Shown here piece by piece: positions 21,567 to 34,900 of a DNA stretch of 64,000 bases. The position numbers and the translations under genes are program-made. This stretch comes from Carpediemonas membranifera BICM (taxonomy: Eukaryota; Protista; Fornicata): contig JAHDYR010000019.1 of the NCBI GenBank assembly GCA_019828565.1, positions 55,984 through 119,983 on the forward strand, written 5' to 3'. How positions within the stretch are numbered: position 1 is the stretch's first letter; each line of letters begins with the position of its first letter. The notes beneath the pieces were generated by a model. That model worked only from the letters and a program-made list of their open reading frames with translations. It was not told the DNA's origin and did no database searches.

Positions 21567-24500
21567 CTATAGTCGCTTTTCCAGCTTTGAGCGCTCGTCG
21601 GGCGGTAGCGTCAACAAGTAACTGTCTAATGCGACGAGCTGGCGGTTCTCTGCATCTAGAGGTTCCCACGTAGCCTCTGAGCGTTCGAATCCTGCCCAGA
21701 GAATCTTGATCAGGCCTGGTTCCTTCCTCAGGTCGTGATCCAGGATGGCTTCGACGACAAGTTCGTCGTGATCCAGGGCCGCCATTTTGAGGGCCGCCTC
21801 TGGGCTGACGGGCGCTGCGATCATGCGCTCCCCGTGGATGTGGACCACCCTCTTCGTAATGAGGTCCTTCAGTCGGTAGACGTTGGGGTCTTCGCCACGA
21901 CCCAGGACCTTAAGTGGTCCCCGGAGGAAGGGTGAGAGCTTCTGGGGCTTCCTGCTCGGGATGATAAACGCAAACTCGTGCGGCTTCCACCTGTGGGTGG
22001 TCTTGAAGTGATCTCCCCGGCGCTTAGCCGCGTTGTACTCCTCCACAGCATGCTTGCTCAGTGCGCGGATGCGGCCGAGGGCCTCGATGTGACTGGCGAG
22101 AGCTGTAGATGCGCGCTCGGGGTCGGTGTAGCTGCGTGGGGTCTTCAAGTGTCGAGGGCTGATGCCCAGTAAGGCCTCGAGGGGTGATATTCCCCCAAGA
22201 GAGCGATGTGGAGCGGAGGACGAGGAATTGGGCCATATAAAGCCATCGTTGCCATTCGTTGGACTCTGCTTCCATCATGAGTTTGCGTAGAGCGCGCACG
22301 GCCGTGCCATTCGCTCGCTCAACTATACCCGAGCTCTGTGGATGGTAGGCTGTAGCAATGTGGTGCTTGAGGGTCAATTCACTCGTAAGCTTCTCCATAA
22401 GCTTGTTGCGGTACTGGGATCCTCCATCGGTGTGGATCTCCTGAGGAATGCCGAAGCGGCCAGCGAATGCGAGTAGGGCCTGTGCGGCTGAGTCTGCCGA
22501 CGTGTCCCGGACTGGAACTAGGTCGACGTACTTGGTAAAGGAGTCAATGATGGTGATGATATATCGATTGCCCCGAGTGGATTCGGGCAGGGGCCCGATC
22601 GTGTCCAGCTGGACTGTCTCGAACGGCTCTACCCTCTGCGTGCTATGCCACGCGGTCTGGCGCGCTTGGATCTGTCGAGTCTTCAGACATGTCGGACAGG
22701 TCCGAACGAAGGCGTCGATGTAGGGGTCAATGGTCTCGCGTTGAGCTGGCGTTGCCAGCCTGCGGATGATTCTGGCTGATGGGTGGCCGGCGGATCCTCC
22801 ATGAAGGGTCCGGAGGATGGCGCGGGCGTCTTCTGGTATGTCGTCAGTGGTCAGGAAGCAGCAGCGACTAAGAGCGTCTGCCACAGCGTTGTCCTCCCCT
22901 GCCACATGTGATATCTCCGCGGGGAACTGCTGGAGGGTGATCCTCCAGCGCATTACCTTCGGTGAGCAGTCCGAGCGCTTCATGAGGTAGACGATATTGC
23001 GATGGTCCGTGTGGACGTGTAGGTCCGTGGCCATGGTGAACAGGGGCTGCATGTCTGATCTGGTGAGTGCACTAAGGATACCATACAGTTCCTTATCATA
23101 GGTGCACCAGCGGCGTTGCACATCAGTTAGTCTCTTGGAGAATAACGTGACGGGCTGATGTTGGCCGTCCGCAGCGATCTGGTATAGAATACCGCCGACC
23201 GCGTTGTCGGACGCGTCTGTATAGAGATGCCAGGGTAGACCCGGGTCCGGCTGGGTGAGGGTGATGGCCTCCGCTGTGGCCTCCTTGAGGCTCTGGAGGG
23301 CCTGTTCTTGTGGATCACCCCACTCCTCGGCCTTGATTGCGTCATAGAGCGGGCCAAGAAGCTCCTGTGCGCGCGGAAGGTGCTCAGCGATGTAATTGAA
23401 CATGCCAGCGATGCGTCGCATGTCCTTGACAGAGGTGGGAGATGTGATGTCGTTGAGGGCCTTGGCTCTCTCGGGGTCCACGCTGCGACCTTGCTCCGAG
23501 ATGTCGAAGCCGACGACCTTGACCTTACGGGAGGCGAACTTGCACTTCGCGAGGTTAAGTCTCAAGTCATGGCGATCGAGTAGCACTAAGGTGTGCTCTA
23601 GCGTCTGGAGGAATTCCTCCTGTGTCTTTGCGTGGATGAGGATGTCATCAATGTAGACCATAACACCCTTGTGAAGCACGGGTGCGAGGACTCCTTGCAT
23701 GACTCTTTGGAAGTGAGACGGCGCATTTGCTAGGCCGAATGGCACCCGCACGAACTCGTCATACGCGTCTGGGGTGATCATAGCCGTCTTGCGGACGTCG
23801 TCCGGGTGGACTGGGACTTGATGATACCCGGACGTGAGGTCCAGCGCCGCGAAGAAGCGTGAGCCGGATGCTTCCCGCACAAACGACTTCAAGTCGGGGA
23901 GGGGGAAGTGGTCCTTGACTGTGATCCTATTGAGAGCTGTATAGTCAATACACAGTCTGATGGCGCCGGATGCCTTGTCTACGACGACAATGGGAGAGGC
24001 AAACGGTCCCTGTGAGGCCCGTGTGATACCTGCCGATCGCAGGCGCTGCAGCTCTTCTCTGACTTGCTCACGGCGTCTGGGATTGAGGCGGCGGGGCTTG
24101 GCTTGCACGAGGTGCTGTTCGTCCACTAGCGGGATGCGCATGGCGGGCACCTTGGCTCCTCCGGGCGCCAGGCCGTCAAAAACGTGAGGGTGCTGCACCA
24201 ATATCGCTGTGATCGGTTGCTTAAGCTCCTCGATCTCAATGTTGGGCTGTACGTCGTCGGTCAGCAGTAATTCTTCTGCTGGTCTGAAAGGAATATCGTC
24301 CCCTTCGTCTGCTGCGGTTTCTTTCACGAGCTTAACAAAAAGGCCATCGGAAGTGAGGCATCCGAGGCTTCTCAGAATATCGCAGCCTATGAGGATCAGG
24401 GGGTTTTTCCCTGGTATGATGTCGAGGTTGGCAGTGAAGCGGGTCTCGTGGCCAGCTAGGGCCACTCGGAGGTCCGCGGAGGTCCGGCCATTAGCGGTGG

Positions 24501-24699
24501 CCACTGACTGGTCTGCCAGTAAATAATGCCGCGTAGGGCCCGTTGAATGGGGTAGGGCGAGATCCTTTGCTAGTCCCTCCGAAACTCCTGAACGTCTGGC
24601 GCATGAATCAATGTGGAACACGTACTCTTGGCCATTTATATGGCCCGTAGTCTTGAGCACGTCGTCCTCGGTGTCGATCTCGGCATCGTCAAGGATCAT
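21567..24699 (-). CDS. pol: pol of I (PR-RT-RH-INT-chromodomain), one frameshift near 22150-22210
   Basis: IDSCA protease, YIDD, YTDAS, CPTC, TDGGSQY, chromo ELVVEAIL...ILWAGF...TWEP. Confidence 0.93.
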
Positions 24700-24727
24700 G
24701 GCCTCGAACGGGGTCTTGGCCTTGAGC

Positions 24728-25591
24728 TCAGATTTGGCTCTGAGGCCGCCGCCCGACTCCCCTGGAGCGTGTCTTCTCTGAACGGGGACACTCGTTCCGC
24801 CAGTGATTGCCCTGGCAGATGGGGCAAGGGGTCTTCGGGGGCCTGTTGGTCGGATGGATGTCGTTCGGACGCGGCTTGGAGGTGGGAGCCGCTTCCTTGG
24901 CCTTGATGGGGAGGGCCTGCTTGGTGCTGGAGGATTCGTCAGTGTCGGGGTCGCTGTTAGCCTTGGTTCTGGCCTTCTTGGTGCGCACTAGATCGTAGCC
25001 GTAGCGCGTCATGTCCAGGCGAAGCTGGTCTTCAACCCGGGCGGCCTCGGTGATGAGTTTGTACACGTCCTCGAGCTTGGTTGGCTTTCGGAGGTCATAC
25101 TCCGTGCGGACGACACGTTGGAAAGCGTCAGGTGCCAGATGGGAGAGGCACAGCTTGGTGGCTTTTTCGATGACGGTATCGTCGTCGCGGGAGAGGTTCT
25201 CCTCTTCGGAGAATGTGCCCTTTGTGTAGAGCTGGAAGATGTCCTGGAATGCGTTGATGTACTTGCGCACAAGGACGGTGCGGGTGTTGAGGTCGGTGAT
25301 AGTGGATTCACAGCGGACCTTGCTCAGCTCGGCGAGCCATTGGCGGGATGTTTGAGGGCCGACGAGCTTGTCGAGGTGCTTGAAGAGCTCCTCTTCGGTG
25401 ATGGTTTCAGCGTTGAGGTCGAACTGTCGCTGAATGAGATCCGACAAGGCGTCGGTGAGGAAAAGGGAGGCTTTCGCGTCAGGTGCGAACACCTTGAGGC
25501 GTTGGACTTGCCTCTTGAAGGAGCGGACGCTCTCGCGGTCGAGGTTAATAGCGTCGAGCTCTGGAATTGTCATTTGGGTTTTGGCAAACAT
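24728..25591 (-). CDS. gag: Gag of I
   Basis: CPICQGNHWRNEC knuckle; first ORF after the LTR. Confidence 0.9.
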   Translation of the reverse strand: MFAKTQMTIPELDAINLDRESVRSFKRQVQRLKVFAPDAKASLFLTDALSDLIQRQFDLNAETITEEELFKHLDKLVGPQTSRQWLAELSKVRCESTITDLNTRTVLVRKYINAFQDIFQLYTKGTFSEEENLSRDDDTVIEKATKLCLSHLAPDAFQRVVRTEYDLRKPTKLEDVYKLITEAARVEDQLRLDMTRYGYDLVRTKKARTKANSDPDTDESSSTKQALPIKAKEAAPTSKPRPNDIHPTNRPPKTPCPICQGNHWRNECPRSEKTRSRGVGRRPQSQI

Positions 25592-25710
25592 GAGTCTGTA
25601 CTAGAATCGATTCTGTGGCGACAACAGTATTTACACATAACCTGCGAAGCAGGGGTGAGTGTGCCCGTAATTATAAATAGCAATAATAATAACTGAGGCA
25701 CTGACAATGT

Positions 25711-28700
25711 GCGTGATCGACCAATCTACCCAATTCACCTTGGGGACCACAAGGTCATGGCACTATACGACACTGGAGCCACCGCGAATTTCCTCAGCCT
25801 AGCCCTCGCGAAGTCAATCGGTGTCACGCTCAATCCAGAGCGCCATCGTATCAGGCTAGCCACCGGACAGATTGTTGTGTGCACCCATATCGCGCAACTC
25901 TCAGTCCACTTTCCCTCCGTGACAGGCCACGACCTGACAGCCGATATCAAGTTTATCATCCTCCCAAACCTTGATTTCGACGCCTTCATTGGCTTCCCCA
26001 CGTTACGGAACACAGGCCTTTTCGAGATCCCAGAGGTCTCCGACATCTCCATCCTGGATGACGAGGAGGACATGGAACTGGACGCCATGGCGGAAGAACC
26101 CGATGAGCCGCGGATCGAACTATTTAGAGAAGAGATCCAAAGGCTACTGAAGAAGTACGACGTCACCGGCGACATTTCGTCCCCATCTCTCCTATATCCC
26201 TTCACCATACGCACCAAGGATGCCCAAGTCATCAACCGTTATCCATACAGATACTCCGACTCCGTGATGAAAGAGATTCATCGTCAAACAGACACCCTAG
26301 AGTCTCTACGAGTCCTGGAGCCGTCTGACTCCCCATACAACAACCCTATTGTCATGGCTGGCAAACGCAACGGTGAAGCCAGGATGTGTCTGGACTTTCG
26401 GGAGCTCAACAAGGTCACCCTGGACCTTATACATCCCCTACCATTGATCGATGACCTCGTGTCTCATCTCGAGGGCATGCAGTTTTTCGCTGCCTTGGAC
26501 CTCACAAAAGCATTTCACCAGGTTGAGATTGACCCCCATTCTAGGCCTCTCACAGCTTTTTACAGCTGGAAAGAAAAAAGCTGCAATACTGCTGTATGCC
26601 CTTTGGGCTGAAAAACGCGCCTATTCACATGCAGCGGGCTCTTGAGAAGGCTATGGGTGGTGCACTCTACACTAAGTGCTTGGTCTACATCGATGATATA
26701 GTAGTTTTCGGCCGATCCAAAGAGGAATACCTCGCAAACCTTCAAGATGTGCTGTCTCGCCTTTCCAGGCATGGCCTGAAGCTCAATCTAGCGAAGTCTG
26801 TGTTCTCCGCCACGGAGATAGACTATCTGGGCTGGCACATTGACGCACACGGTAAGCGGGTCTCCTCTGATCGCCTCGACGCCATTAAGGCCCTACGCCC
26901 CGCGACATCTCTCACTGGTCTCCGCGCCCTCATTGGTCTAGCTAACTACTTCCGCGCTCTCCTACCCGACTACGCAACGAGGATGGAACCCCTTATCTCA
27001 CTCACGAGGGCATCCAAGTTTGACTGGGGACAGGAGCAGGACGCTGCCTTAACCTGGATCAAGGACCGCCTCTTGAACGAGGAAGTCCTAGTCCACCCAC
27101 GTCCCGGAGAGGCACTGCATTTATTTACAGACGCTTCTGACGTCGGGATAGGCGGTGTGCTGACCAACTCCGAGGGAAAACCCGTCGCATATTTTGCCAA
27201 GACTCTCTCGTCGACACAAAGACGATGGAGCACTATCGAGAAAGAGTGCTTCGCAATATTCCACGGCATTACGAAGCTTAGGCGCTACCTAGCCGGCATA
27301 GTGTTTGAAATCCACACGGACCACCGCAATTTGACTTACATGCACCACAGTATCAACGCGAAGGTCATGCGCTGGGCCATGGCACTCTCCGAGTACGACT
27401 ACAGCATCAGCCACGTCGCTGGGGTCGATAACGGCGCTGCCGACGCTCTCTCTCGACTATTCACTTTGGACGACGTCCCTGACGAACGTTTCACCACCTT
27501 CCAAGCTCACCACAATGGCTCAGTAGGCCATCTTGGCCGTGACGCCACCTGCCGGAAAATCGCTCAAGCCGGTCTCTCATGGCCCGGCATGAAGTCCGAC
27601 GTCCGTCGGTTCATTGGCGAATGCCCGGTTTGCCAGCTGGTGCGCTCTAAGCGATCCACTATCCCGTCGGAACGCCACTCTCTCATGGGGAGCTATCCCT
27701 TTGAAGTGGTCCAGGCTGACTCGATCGGCCCCATGGACGTCCCCGGGTGCCACTCTTACGGCCTTGTCGTGGTGGACACCTTCTCCCGTTTGACACAGGT
27801 TTATCCCACCACCGATACAACCTCATCCGAGGCTATCCGCGTCCTGTCGTCTTGGAGACAACACTACGGCACCCCTGCCACTCTGATCACTGATGGAGCC
27901 TCGCAGTTCTGTTCTGAGGAGTTCAAGTCCTTCTGCAACCAGTCTAGCATTATTCACAAGGTCGGGACACCCTACCACCCAGCTGGGCAAGGATCCGTAG
28001 AAAGGCAGAATGAGGAGGTTAAGCGCCACCTGCGCGCATATCTCTTGGAGAATGATGGTACGTGGGAGGAGGGTGTGAACCAAATCACATCAATTATCAA
28101 CAACGCCCCTCTCAGCACGTCTCAGCTATCGCCGAACCAGGTTTTATTCGGGAAGGAAGTACCGATACCTGCAGGCTCTCTCTCCATGGAGCTCTTCTAC
28201 TCCACACTCCAGGCTTTGAGGTCCGAACAGCTCAAAATGACCTCCCGGCAATCCCCTACAGCAACGCACGCAGCGGAGCACCTCGTGGGTCAGGGCGTGA
28301 TAGTTCGCAGGAACACTACCGGCCACGTGATCACACGCGGTCCTTGTCGGATCATCCGCAAGGCCGAGCGGCCGAATGTGTACATTGTTCGTGACTTCAC
28401 GCTCAACAAGGACTTCGAAGCTCATGCTGACTCGCTAACTCACTTCAGGGGCACCTACACCGACAAAGAGCTTGCCGACTGGGCCGCCCGTCACCAAGGT
28501 GAGTACCTAGTCCGGTCCATCCTTGCTCACCGGGTCCGAGCTGGACGGCTGCAACTGTCCGTCGCGTATGAGGGGTACGATGACGCCGACTCCACATGGA
28601 ACGAGTTCGATAAGTCTATGGATCAGCTCGAGGCGTTCGACGCGTACCTTGCCGCTCACCCCAGGCTCAAGAAGAACTTAAGACGGTACAAGTGGTGGCT

Positions 28701-28716
28701 TAAGCCATCATCATAG
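25711..28716 (+). CDS. pol: pol of F (PR-RT-RH-INT-chromodomain); frameshift in the A-run near 26570
   Basis: YDTGA, LDLTKAFHQ, MPFGL, YIDD, FTDAS, CPVC, TDGASQF, chromo EYLVRSIL. Confidence 0.94.
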
Positions 28717-30375
28717 CCGCAACATGTCCATACTGCACGTAAATGGACCTCTGTTTCTTCGTTCTCTACCGCTTTCACCGCCACCATCCGGAAACTAACT
28801 AATTTGAACATAACTAAGTAACTGGTGGTGGATACCGCTTCTATACGGCTAACTACTTGATATTGATTACTTATATGGCTCGTCGTTGAGATCTTAGGCG
28901 GCTACGAGCTCGAACGGAGGGAAGAAAGCGAAAATAGCGAGAACTCGCCATTGAGGCCTCGTTGGGCCTTCAAAGGGCCATTTTCGCGCTCTTGTTGGGA
29001 TCGTGCTCATTCAACTGGCATTACTTCCAGCAATAGGAAAACTCGTTGGATGTCGTCATCAATTGATTGCTGACGAGATTTTTGATCCTGATTTCCCCCT
29101 TAGAGCATCCCGAGGGAGCAACTGGGCTCACCATAGCTCAGTGGCGCCCAATTACTGACCATGGGAGGGAAGTGTCGTGGATCTTTAGATCCATGCATAT
29201 ATTTATTCCTGATCTGATTACGATCTGGTCTTGATTTGTCTTTTATTTTTAAACACTTCGCATTGTTCGTTGTTGTTCTACCCCCGCGCGCCTACAACAA
29301 CAGACACGTTCTCGAAGTATACCGAGCTCTATCCCGCACCAGCGAACAACTCAGATGAAGCAGCAAGAGCGTTGTGGCTCGCAGCAGCCCGCCACGGGGT
29401 CCCGCAGACAATACGGTCCGACAACAGCAGTGAATATGTCAACCGCACTGTCAAGAAGTTCCTCGAACAGCTGAACACATACCACCAGAGGACACTACCC
29501 TACCATCCTGAGTCTAACGGCGTAGTAGAGCGTCGAAATGGGGAGGAGGCACGACACCTACGCTGGCTCACACTTACAACACAGCAGTATGACAGCTGGT
29601 CAGACATCCTACCTTATATACAGCACATACTCAACTCTACGACCAACTCAGACACTCTACTGATCCCAAGCGAGATCATATTTGGCCACAGGATTGAGAT
29701 CGGAGGGAGGTGGGAAGAGAGCGAGACGGGCGGCGACGAGCTCCTCACCCCAGCCGACAGAGCGATGCAGCACAGAGACGACCTGACCCGAATGCAGCGT
29801 GACTTAGTCCAACTTTTGAGCGAAGCAGAACTACCATCAGCCCGGGAGTCGGGCCTGAAAGCCGGGGACCTGGTGTTGCTTAATCCAGTCCGGAAGTCAA
29901 AGCTCCACGGTCTGCTAGGCCCGTATAAGGTCGTCAGGACACTGAAGCACAAAACAGTCGAGATCGCCTCGCTGATCAGCGATCAAGTGAAGATTGTCCA
30001 TGAAGACAGACTCATGGTCATCCCCGAGAACCTGGAGCTGGACCGAACACGCCAGCTTCAGGCCACCGACGAGGAGGAGTACGTTGTGGAGGCTATCCTG
30101 GGCCATAACACGAAGAACAAGACACTTCAAGTCAAATGGCTCGACTACACGACGCCGACGTGGGAGCCCTGGCTCAACCTACGACAGGTAGAGCTCGCTC
30201 AGCTGTATGCTCGCGACCATCGACTGCGGTGGGCCACTTCCCCGGGAGGGAGGTAGTGTGTCGCAGGCTCCTTTATATATATCGACCATATTCACCTGAG
30301 AGGGTTTTTTTCTCGTATTAAATAGTTCCGATACAGTCGCCCTGGAGCAGCTCAGTGGTCATGCTGCGAAAGAAG
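28491..30375. repeat. 1.88-kb direct duplication, copy 1 (copy 2 = 36050-37004 + 58008-58936, split by H)
   Basis: Near-identical sequence; the copies flank element G. Confidence 0.95.
29305..30256 (+). CDS. pol: Integrase core + chromodomain of M
   Basis: SDNSSEY, NGVVERRN, GPY, EYVVEAILGH...VKWLDY...TWEP. Confidence 0.92.
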
Positions 30376-30814
30376 TTAAGATATGGGTTCAGGAGCTCCT
30401 GTATAAGTATAAAAAGGACGTACCACAGCCCCGCCCCCTCGCGGGCACTCTGGGGCTCGCGCTCGGCTCGGGAATTCTCGCCCCGAGCATTTTTAGGCAT
30501 TTCGCCATCGCTCATACTGAAAGTTCCGTAGTACGTTAGGCTGATCCGCCCCATTCTTACACAGCGCCCGAAAAAGGGGTTTTGAGGCCCCAATTCGGCT
30601 TCGTTGGCAAGTTCTGGCTCTTTTTTGTTCTGCGCTGCATCGAAACCTAATCAACATCAGTAACACTGCTCCACGGACGACAGAAGTCTCGTGGACTGTG
30701 TTTGAGGTATAAATATTGAGAATGGTCTATCATGGGGATCATTATGGGCACTTCCCATCGTCTTTCGGGAAAAGTGCAGGATATGTCGCTTTTTCCTGAG
30801 AAAAAGCGGCCAAA

Positions 30815-31906
30815 CATGGAGGATACGCGCGCCCTCGATAAGATTCGCGAGCTTTCAGGCGAATTAGCCGATGCTGATTACCGTAAGGTACTCGATAACG
30901 CCTTAGCGACGATCGCTCGTTGTCAGCGTCATAAGGCCCGATCCCTGAGCGCTCTTCGACAGAAGGCTATCCGTAAGCGCTATGGAGATGCGTCGAAGAA
31001 CCCCCTGAAACGGTTTGTGCACCTCCGGTCCTCTTACACAGCTCGATCGTAGTGCCGGCAACTTCCGCCAGAGATCTCTGTCGGGTGCCTGCGGGCGGTG
31101 CCATGCAGGGTTGCTTCACCCACCGCGACCCTCTGCTGTCCGCTGTGGTGCGTGATTGCCTTGCGGGGTATGTCAACTTCGTTGAGGTGCCCCTTGAGGC
31201 CATCTTCGACCATCTATCCACCGGCACGCTCTGGAGCGGGGATGCGGGCGCCCTCCTCGACATCTCGGCCACTCTGCTGGTGCAGCTCCAGAGGGAGCAC
31301 CGCGCCTTGCGCTTTCTCCGTGAGCGCTCCGGCAGCCGGGGTCAGACCGACTCGGACATCGTCCGCGCCGCCATTTCCGCCGGCGTGTTCCACCTGAAGA
31401 GTGACGGTACCTCCAACCAGTACGTCAGCCCCCAGGTCCTGTCAGCGCTCGGCCGTGCACTCGGCTGTGGCTCCAGCATGGCTCGCCAGACCCTCTACCG
31501 CGTGGTCGTCCTGGCTCTCGCGCCGGAGTACTACCGTCTGTTCCTCCACGGCGAGCGCTCCGATCACGTCTCGGTGACCCAAGCCCATTGGGCCGCCCTG
31601 GTAGCCAACCTCCGCCTCATGGACGAGCTCCCATCCCTGCCGCAACGCCTCGGCCTGGCCCTGCAGGTCTCTGACCCTGAGCGTGAGTATGACGTCCTGG
31701 ACGTGTTAGGTCATGAAATCCTGACCGCTGGCCCTGACCGTCGCCTCATCCTACATGTGCAGTACGAGGGCTACACCGCCCCCACGTGCACTGGTCTGGA
31801 CTCAACCCTTGCTGCGGTCACCGTGGTCCGCGAGTACCTGGTGGACTTCGGGCTTGAGGACTGGATCAACGGTCCTGACGACGAATCCGATGACGACTAT
31901 CAATAA
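30815..31906 (+). CDS. Antisense accessory gene of G with C-terminal chromodomain-like module; 29-nt intron 31013-31041 (start codon uncertain, 30732-30815)
   Basis: GTTTGT...TTACACAG removal joins the two ORFs in frame; EYDVLDVLGH...LHVQYEGY chromo-like motif; homologous to D and H antisense ORFs. Confidence 0.8.
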
Positions 31907-31925
31907 ATCTTGACTGAGAATCCGT

Positions 31926-34900
31926 TTACTGCCTGGAGTGCGCAGCACGGTGTAAGCCTCTCTGCTCAAGAAAGTCTTCAAACTTGTCACAGCCATCGAC
32001 ATTCTCGAATGGTTCCCACGACGCCTCGTCTGGCTCATAGCCCTGCCACTCGACCAGGTATTCGCGACTCTCGACCGGACCAGACTCGGGCCGGGACTTC
32101 ACGATCTTGCTCGGTACGTACTCGGCCGCCACTGTGTTAGCCAAGCGAGCAACTTGCTCCAAGGACATGTCGCCGTGATCGAATGGGAGGACCCGGGAGG
32201 CGTCGACTCGGAACTGCTTCAGTGATTCAAGGTCTCGCACAGTATAGGCAACAACTTTGTTGTACTCCTGGTGCACAGACACTAACGCCATTGGGCCACG
32301 CAGCCCGGCGGCGAATTTGTCGGGAGGTCTGTCGGGGTAAGCCACCAGGACGTAGGGAGTCGAGACAGTAGCGCGGGTGTCCGGCCTATACTGTTGTAGT
32401 AACCGCTTGCTCTTAATACGCTCGGCAGCCATGAGCCGGTACGCCTTGGCCTCAGACAGCCAGTCCTCCTGTTGGTCGACGATATATGTCTCGCTCGGCG
32501 CGATGAAGGTGATGTCCTTCGGCACCCGCATCTCGGTACCATACAGGATCTCGGCTGGGGAGAGTCGAGTAGGGACTCGAGGGGTCGAGTTAACAAGGTA
32601 CTGAGCAATCGGTAAGCTGTGGACCCAATCATTGGATCTAAACTGGTAACGACGCGCTGTCAGGATGGACTTCACCGAAACATTCGCTCGCTCAACTAAA
32701 CCATTCGACTGAGGGTGGTGAGCCGTCGTCTTCCTCGTCGTGAACCCGAGTCGGGCACTCAGGTCGTTAAAGACCGCGTTGACGAATTGGGATCCCCCAT
32801 CCGTCTGCAGTACCTTTGGTACGCCATACCGGAGGACCCAGTTATTGACGAACGCCCTAGACGTCTCGACCGCTCGGGTAGTCTGGAGCGGAATCAGCTC
32901 AGTCCAACGTGAGCACATGTCTATGACGACGAGGACATACTTATAGGTCGTACCGTCGACCGTGCACGGGGTGGCGGACATAGTGTCCATGGCCACTCGG
33001 TCGAAGGGATGTTCGACCGCGGTGTGCAAACCCGCGTCGGATGAGGCTGGGGGCTTACGCCTTAACTGGCATATTGGGCACTTGGCGATGTAGTCGTCCA
33101 CATCCTTCTGGCGGACGCGCACGCCCCAGTCTCGAAGAAGGTTCTTGGTCGCCCAGGCGGATAAGTGGGCCCCGGCAAAGTGGTGCGCCTTCTGCAGCTT
33201 GTCCGCGACTTGGGTATCGAGGGTGTTAGCGAACACGCGAGAGAGGCCGTCTGCTGCCCCGTTGTCAACCCCCGGAACGTGACGTATGGTAAAATCGAGG
33301 TCAGCCAGTTGGTCGTACCATCGACGGACCTTGGGGTTGATGGACTTGGCCATGAACAGCAGGTTGCGATGATCAGTACGGATGGTAAAGTGAGTCCACG
33401 AGAGGAATTTCCGCCAACGCTGGACTGCCAGGATGATTGCGTAGGCTTCCTGCTCTGTGGTACTCCACCTAGTCTGGACCGCGGAGAATGCGTGGGACAT
33501 GAAAGCGATCGGCTGCCCGTCCTGTAGTAATACGGCGCCGCATCCCACGTCTGAGGCATCGGTCATGAGGACATGTGTCGCGTCCGTCTTGAAGTGAACG
33601 AGGGAGACCCGCTTAAGGAGCTCGGCGATAACGTCGCCCAGGGCCGCTTGCTGACCCGGCCCACCGGGTTCGGCCTTGCCAGCCGACACCTGCAACAGAG
33701 GATGAGCTCGGGACGCGAAGTTGGGCACGAAGTCACGGAAATAATTGAGGAAACCGACGAGTGCCTGTGCGGACCGCTTGCTGGTCGGTAGTTTCAGCTT
33801 CTTAATGTCGTCAATGCGGTCTTCGGCAATCCTCACGGTGTCTCCGGACACGAGTCGACCCAGGAACTCGACCTCAGCCGCGGCGAAGACACACTTGTCG
33901 CGGCCTAAGTGTAGGTCATACTCTTGGCAGCGTTTCAGGACGTCCCATAGGTTCCTTATGTACGAAGGCTCATCCCGACCCATGACAATAATGTCATCGA
34001 TGTAAATCAGGCACTTGCCCGCCGAGATCAGGTCGGAGAAAGCCTGCTCCATGGCCCACTGGAAATGTGAGCCAGCGTTACGCAGACCGAAGGGCATAGT
34101 CGTGTACTCAAACCGTCCGAGGGGGGTCCCGAAAGCGGTCAGGGGACGGGAACGGTCCGTCAGTGCCACCTGATGGTAGCCTGCCTTACAGTCGAGCGTA
34201 GCAAAGATGGTATTACCCCTAAGCCTAGCAAGGCAATCCTCTATGATCGGGATAGGGTAGTTGAATGGGGGAGTCTTCGCGTTGACCAAACGGAAGTCGA
34301 TAACGAACCGGGTACGGTCCTTCCCCTTTGGGACCAAGAATGCCGGTGAGGAGTAAGCCGATGCTGATGGCTGGATGAAGCCATGCCGGGATAGGTCGTC
34401 AAGGTGTTCCTGGAGAAGTGTCTTCTTCTCCGGCGGCATGAAGAACTCGCGGCTAAAGACGGGTTCATCATCAGACAAGACTAGATCGTAAGGGATGAGC
34501 TTACTCGGACGCCCTACTCTGTCCTCGAACAGGCCGTCAAACCGCGCGAGCAGTCTGTCCTGAAGGGAAGATGACTTGTCAGACAAGGTGAATAGGCTCA
34601 GCTTCTGGGGAGTAATGACCGTTGAGACGTCTTCAGCCTGCTCGGCGTCTTGGGTGTCAGACCCCTCGCAGTCGTCAATCTGTGGGAGGATCCCTAGGGT
34701 GACCATATCAGGGTATCCAATGATTAAATCATACTCTGAGGGTAGAAGATACGCACGGGTAGTGAAGGTGCACCCACGGGGGACAAGAGCTGACTTAGCA
34801 AAGGTTACTTCGATCGGAACAGTCTGGTCGACTGTGATGACTCCAGCCGGTGTCGTCACCTCGACCGGGTCACAATGCAGGATCTTTTCGCCGGACTTCT

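Larger units (their letters stand above)
21094..25706 (-). mobile_element. Full-length chromovirus-like element 'I' (4613 bp)
   Basis: Identical 93-bp LTRs 21094-21186 and 25614-25706; TSD ATGT; PPT GAGGGGGGTAG. Confidence 0.97.
20100..29299 (+). mobile_element. Full-length chromovirus-like element 'F' (interrupted by I)
   Basis: Identical 127-bp LTRs 20100-20226 and 29173-29299; 5-bp TSD ACAGA; PPT GGGAGGGAAG. Confidence 0.96.
18827..30335 (+). mobile_element. Gypsy element 'M', 5'-truncated and interrupted by F; 3' LTR 30257-30335 (79 bp)
   Basis: pol 18830-20099 continues after F as VITDTFSKY at ~29305; PPT GGGAGGGAGGTAG. Confidence 0.88.

Noticed and set aside
26560-26600. Programmed frameshifts within pol genes
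   Set aside because: Many fall mid-domain in homopolymer runs, and duplicated copies differ by such indels, so sequencing error or decay is more likely.
29231-29304. ORFs starting MICLLFLN (20158, 29231, 36789)
   Set aside because: They start at a TTG inside the F LTR and are fortuitously fused to downstream frames.
30599-30615. CTTCGTTGG resembles the start of the mammalian CENP-B box
   Set aside because: The required downstream CGGG is absent; a 9-nt match alone is not support.
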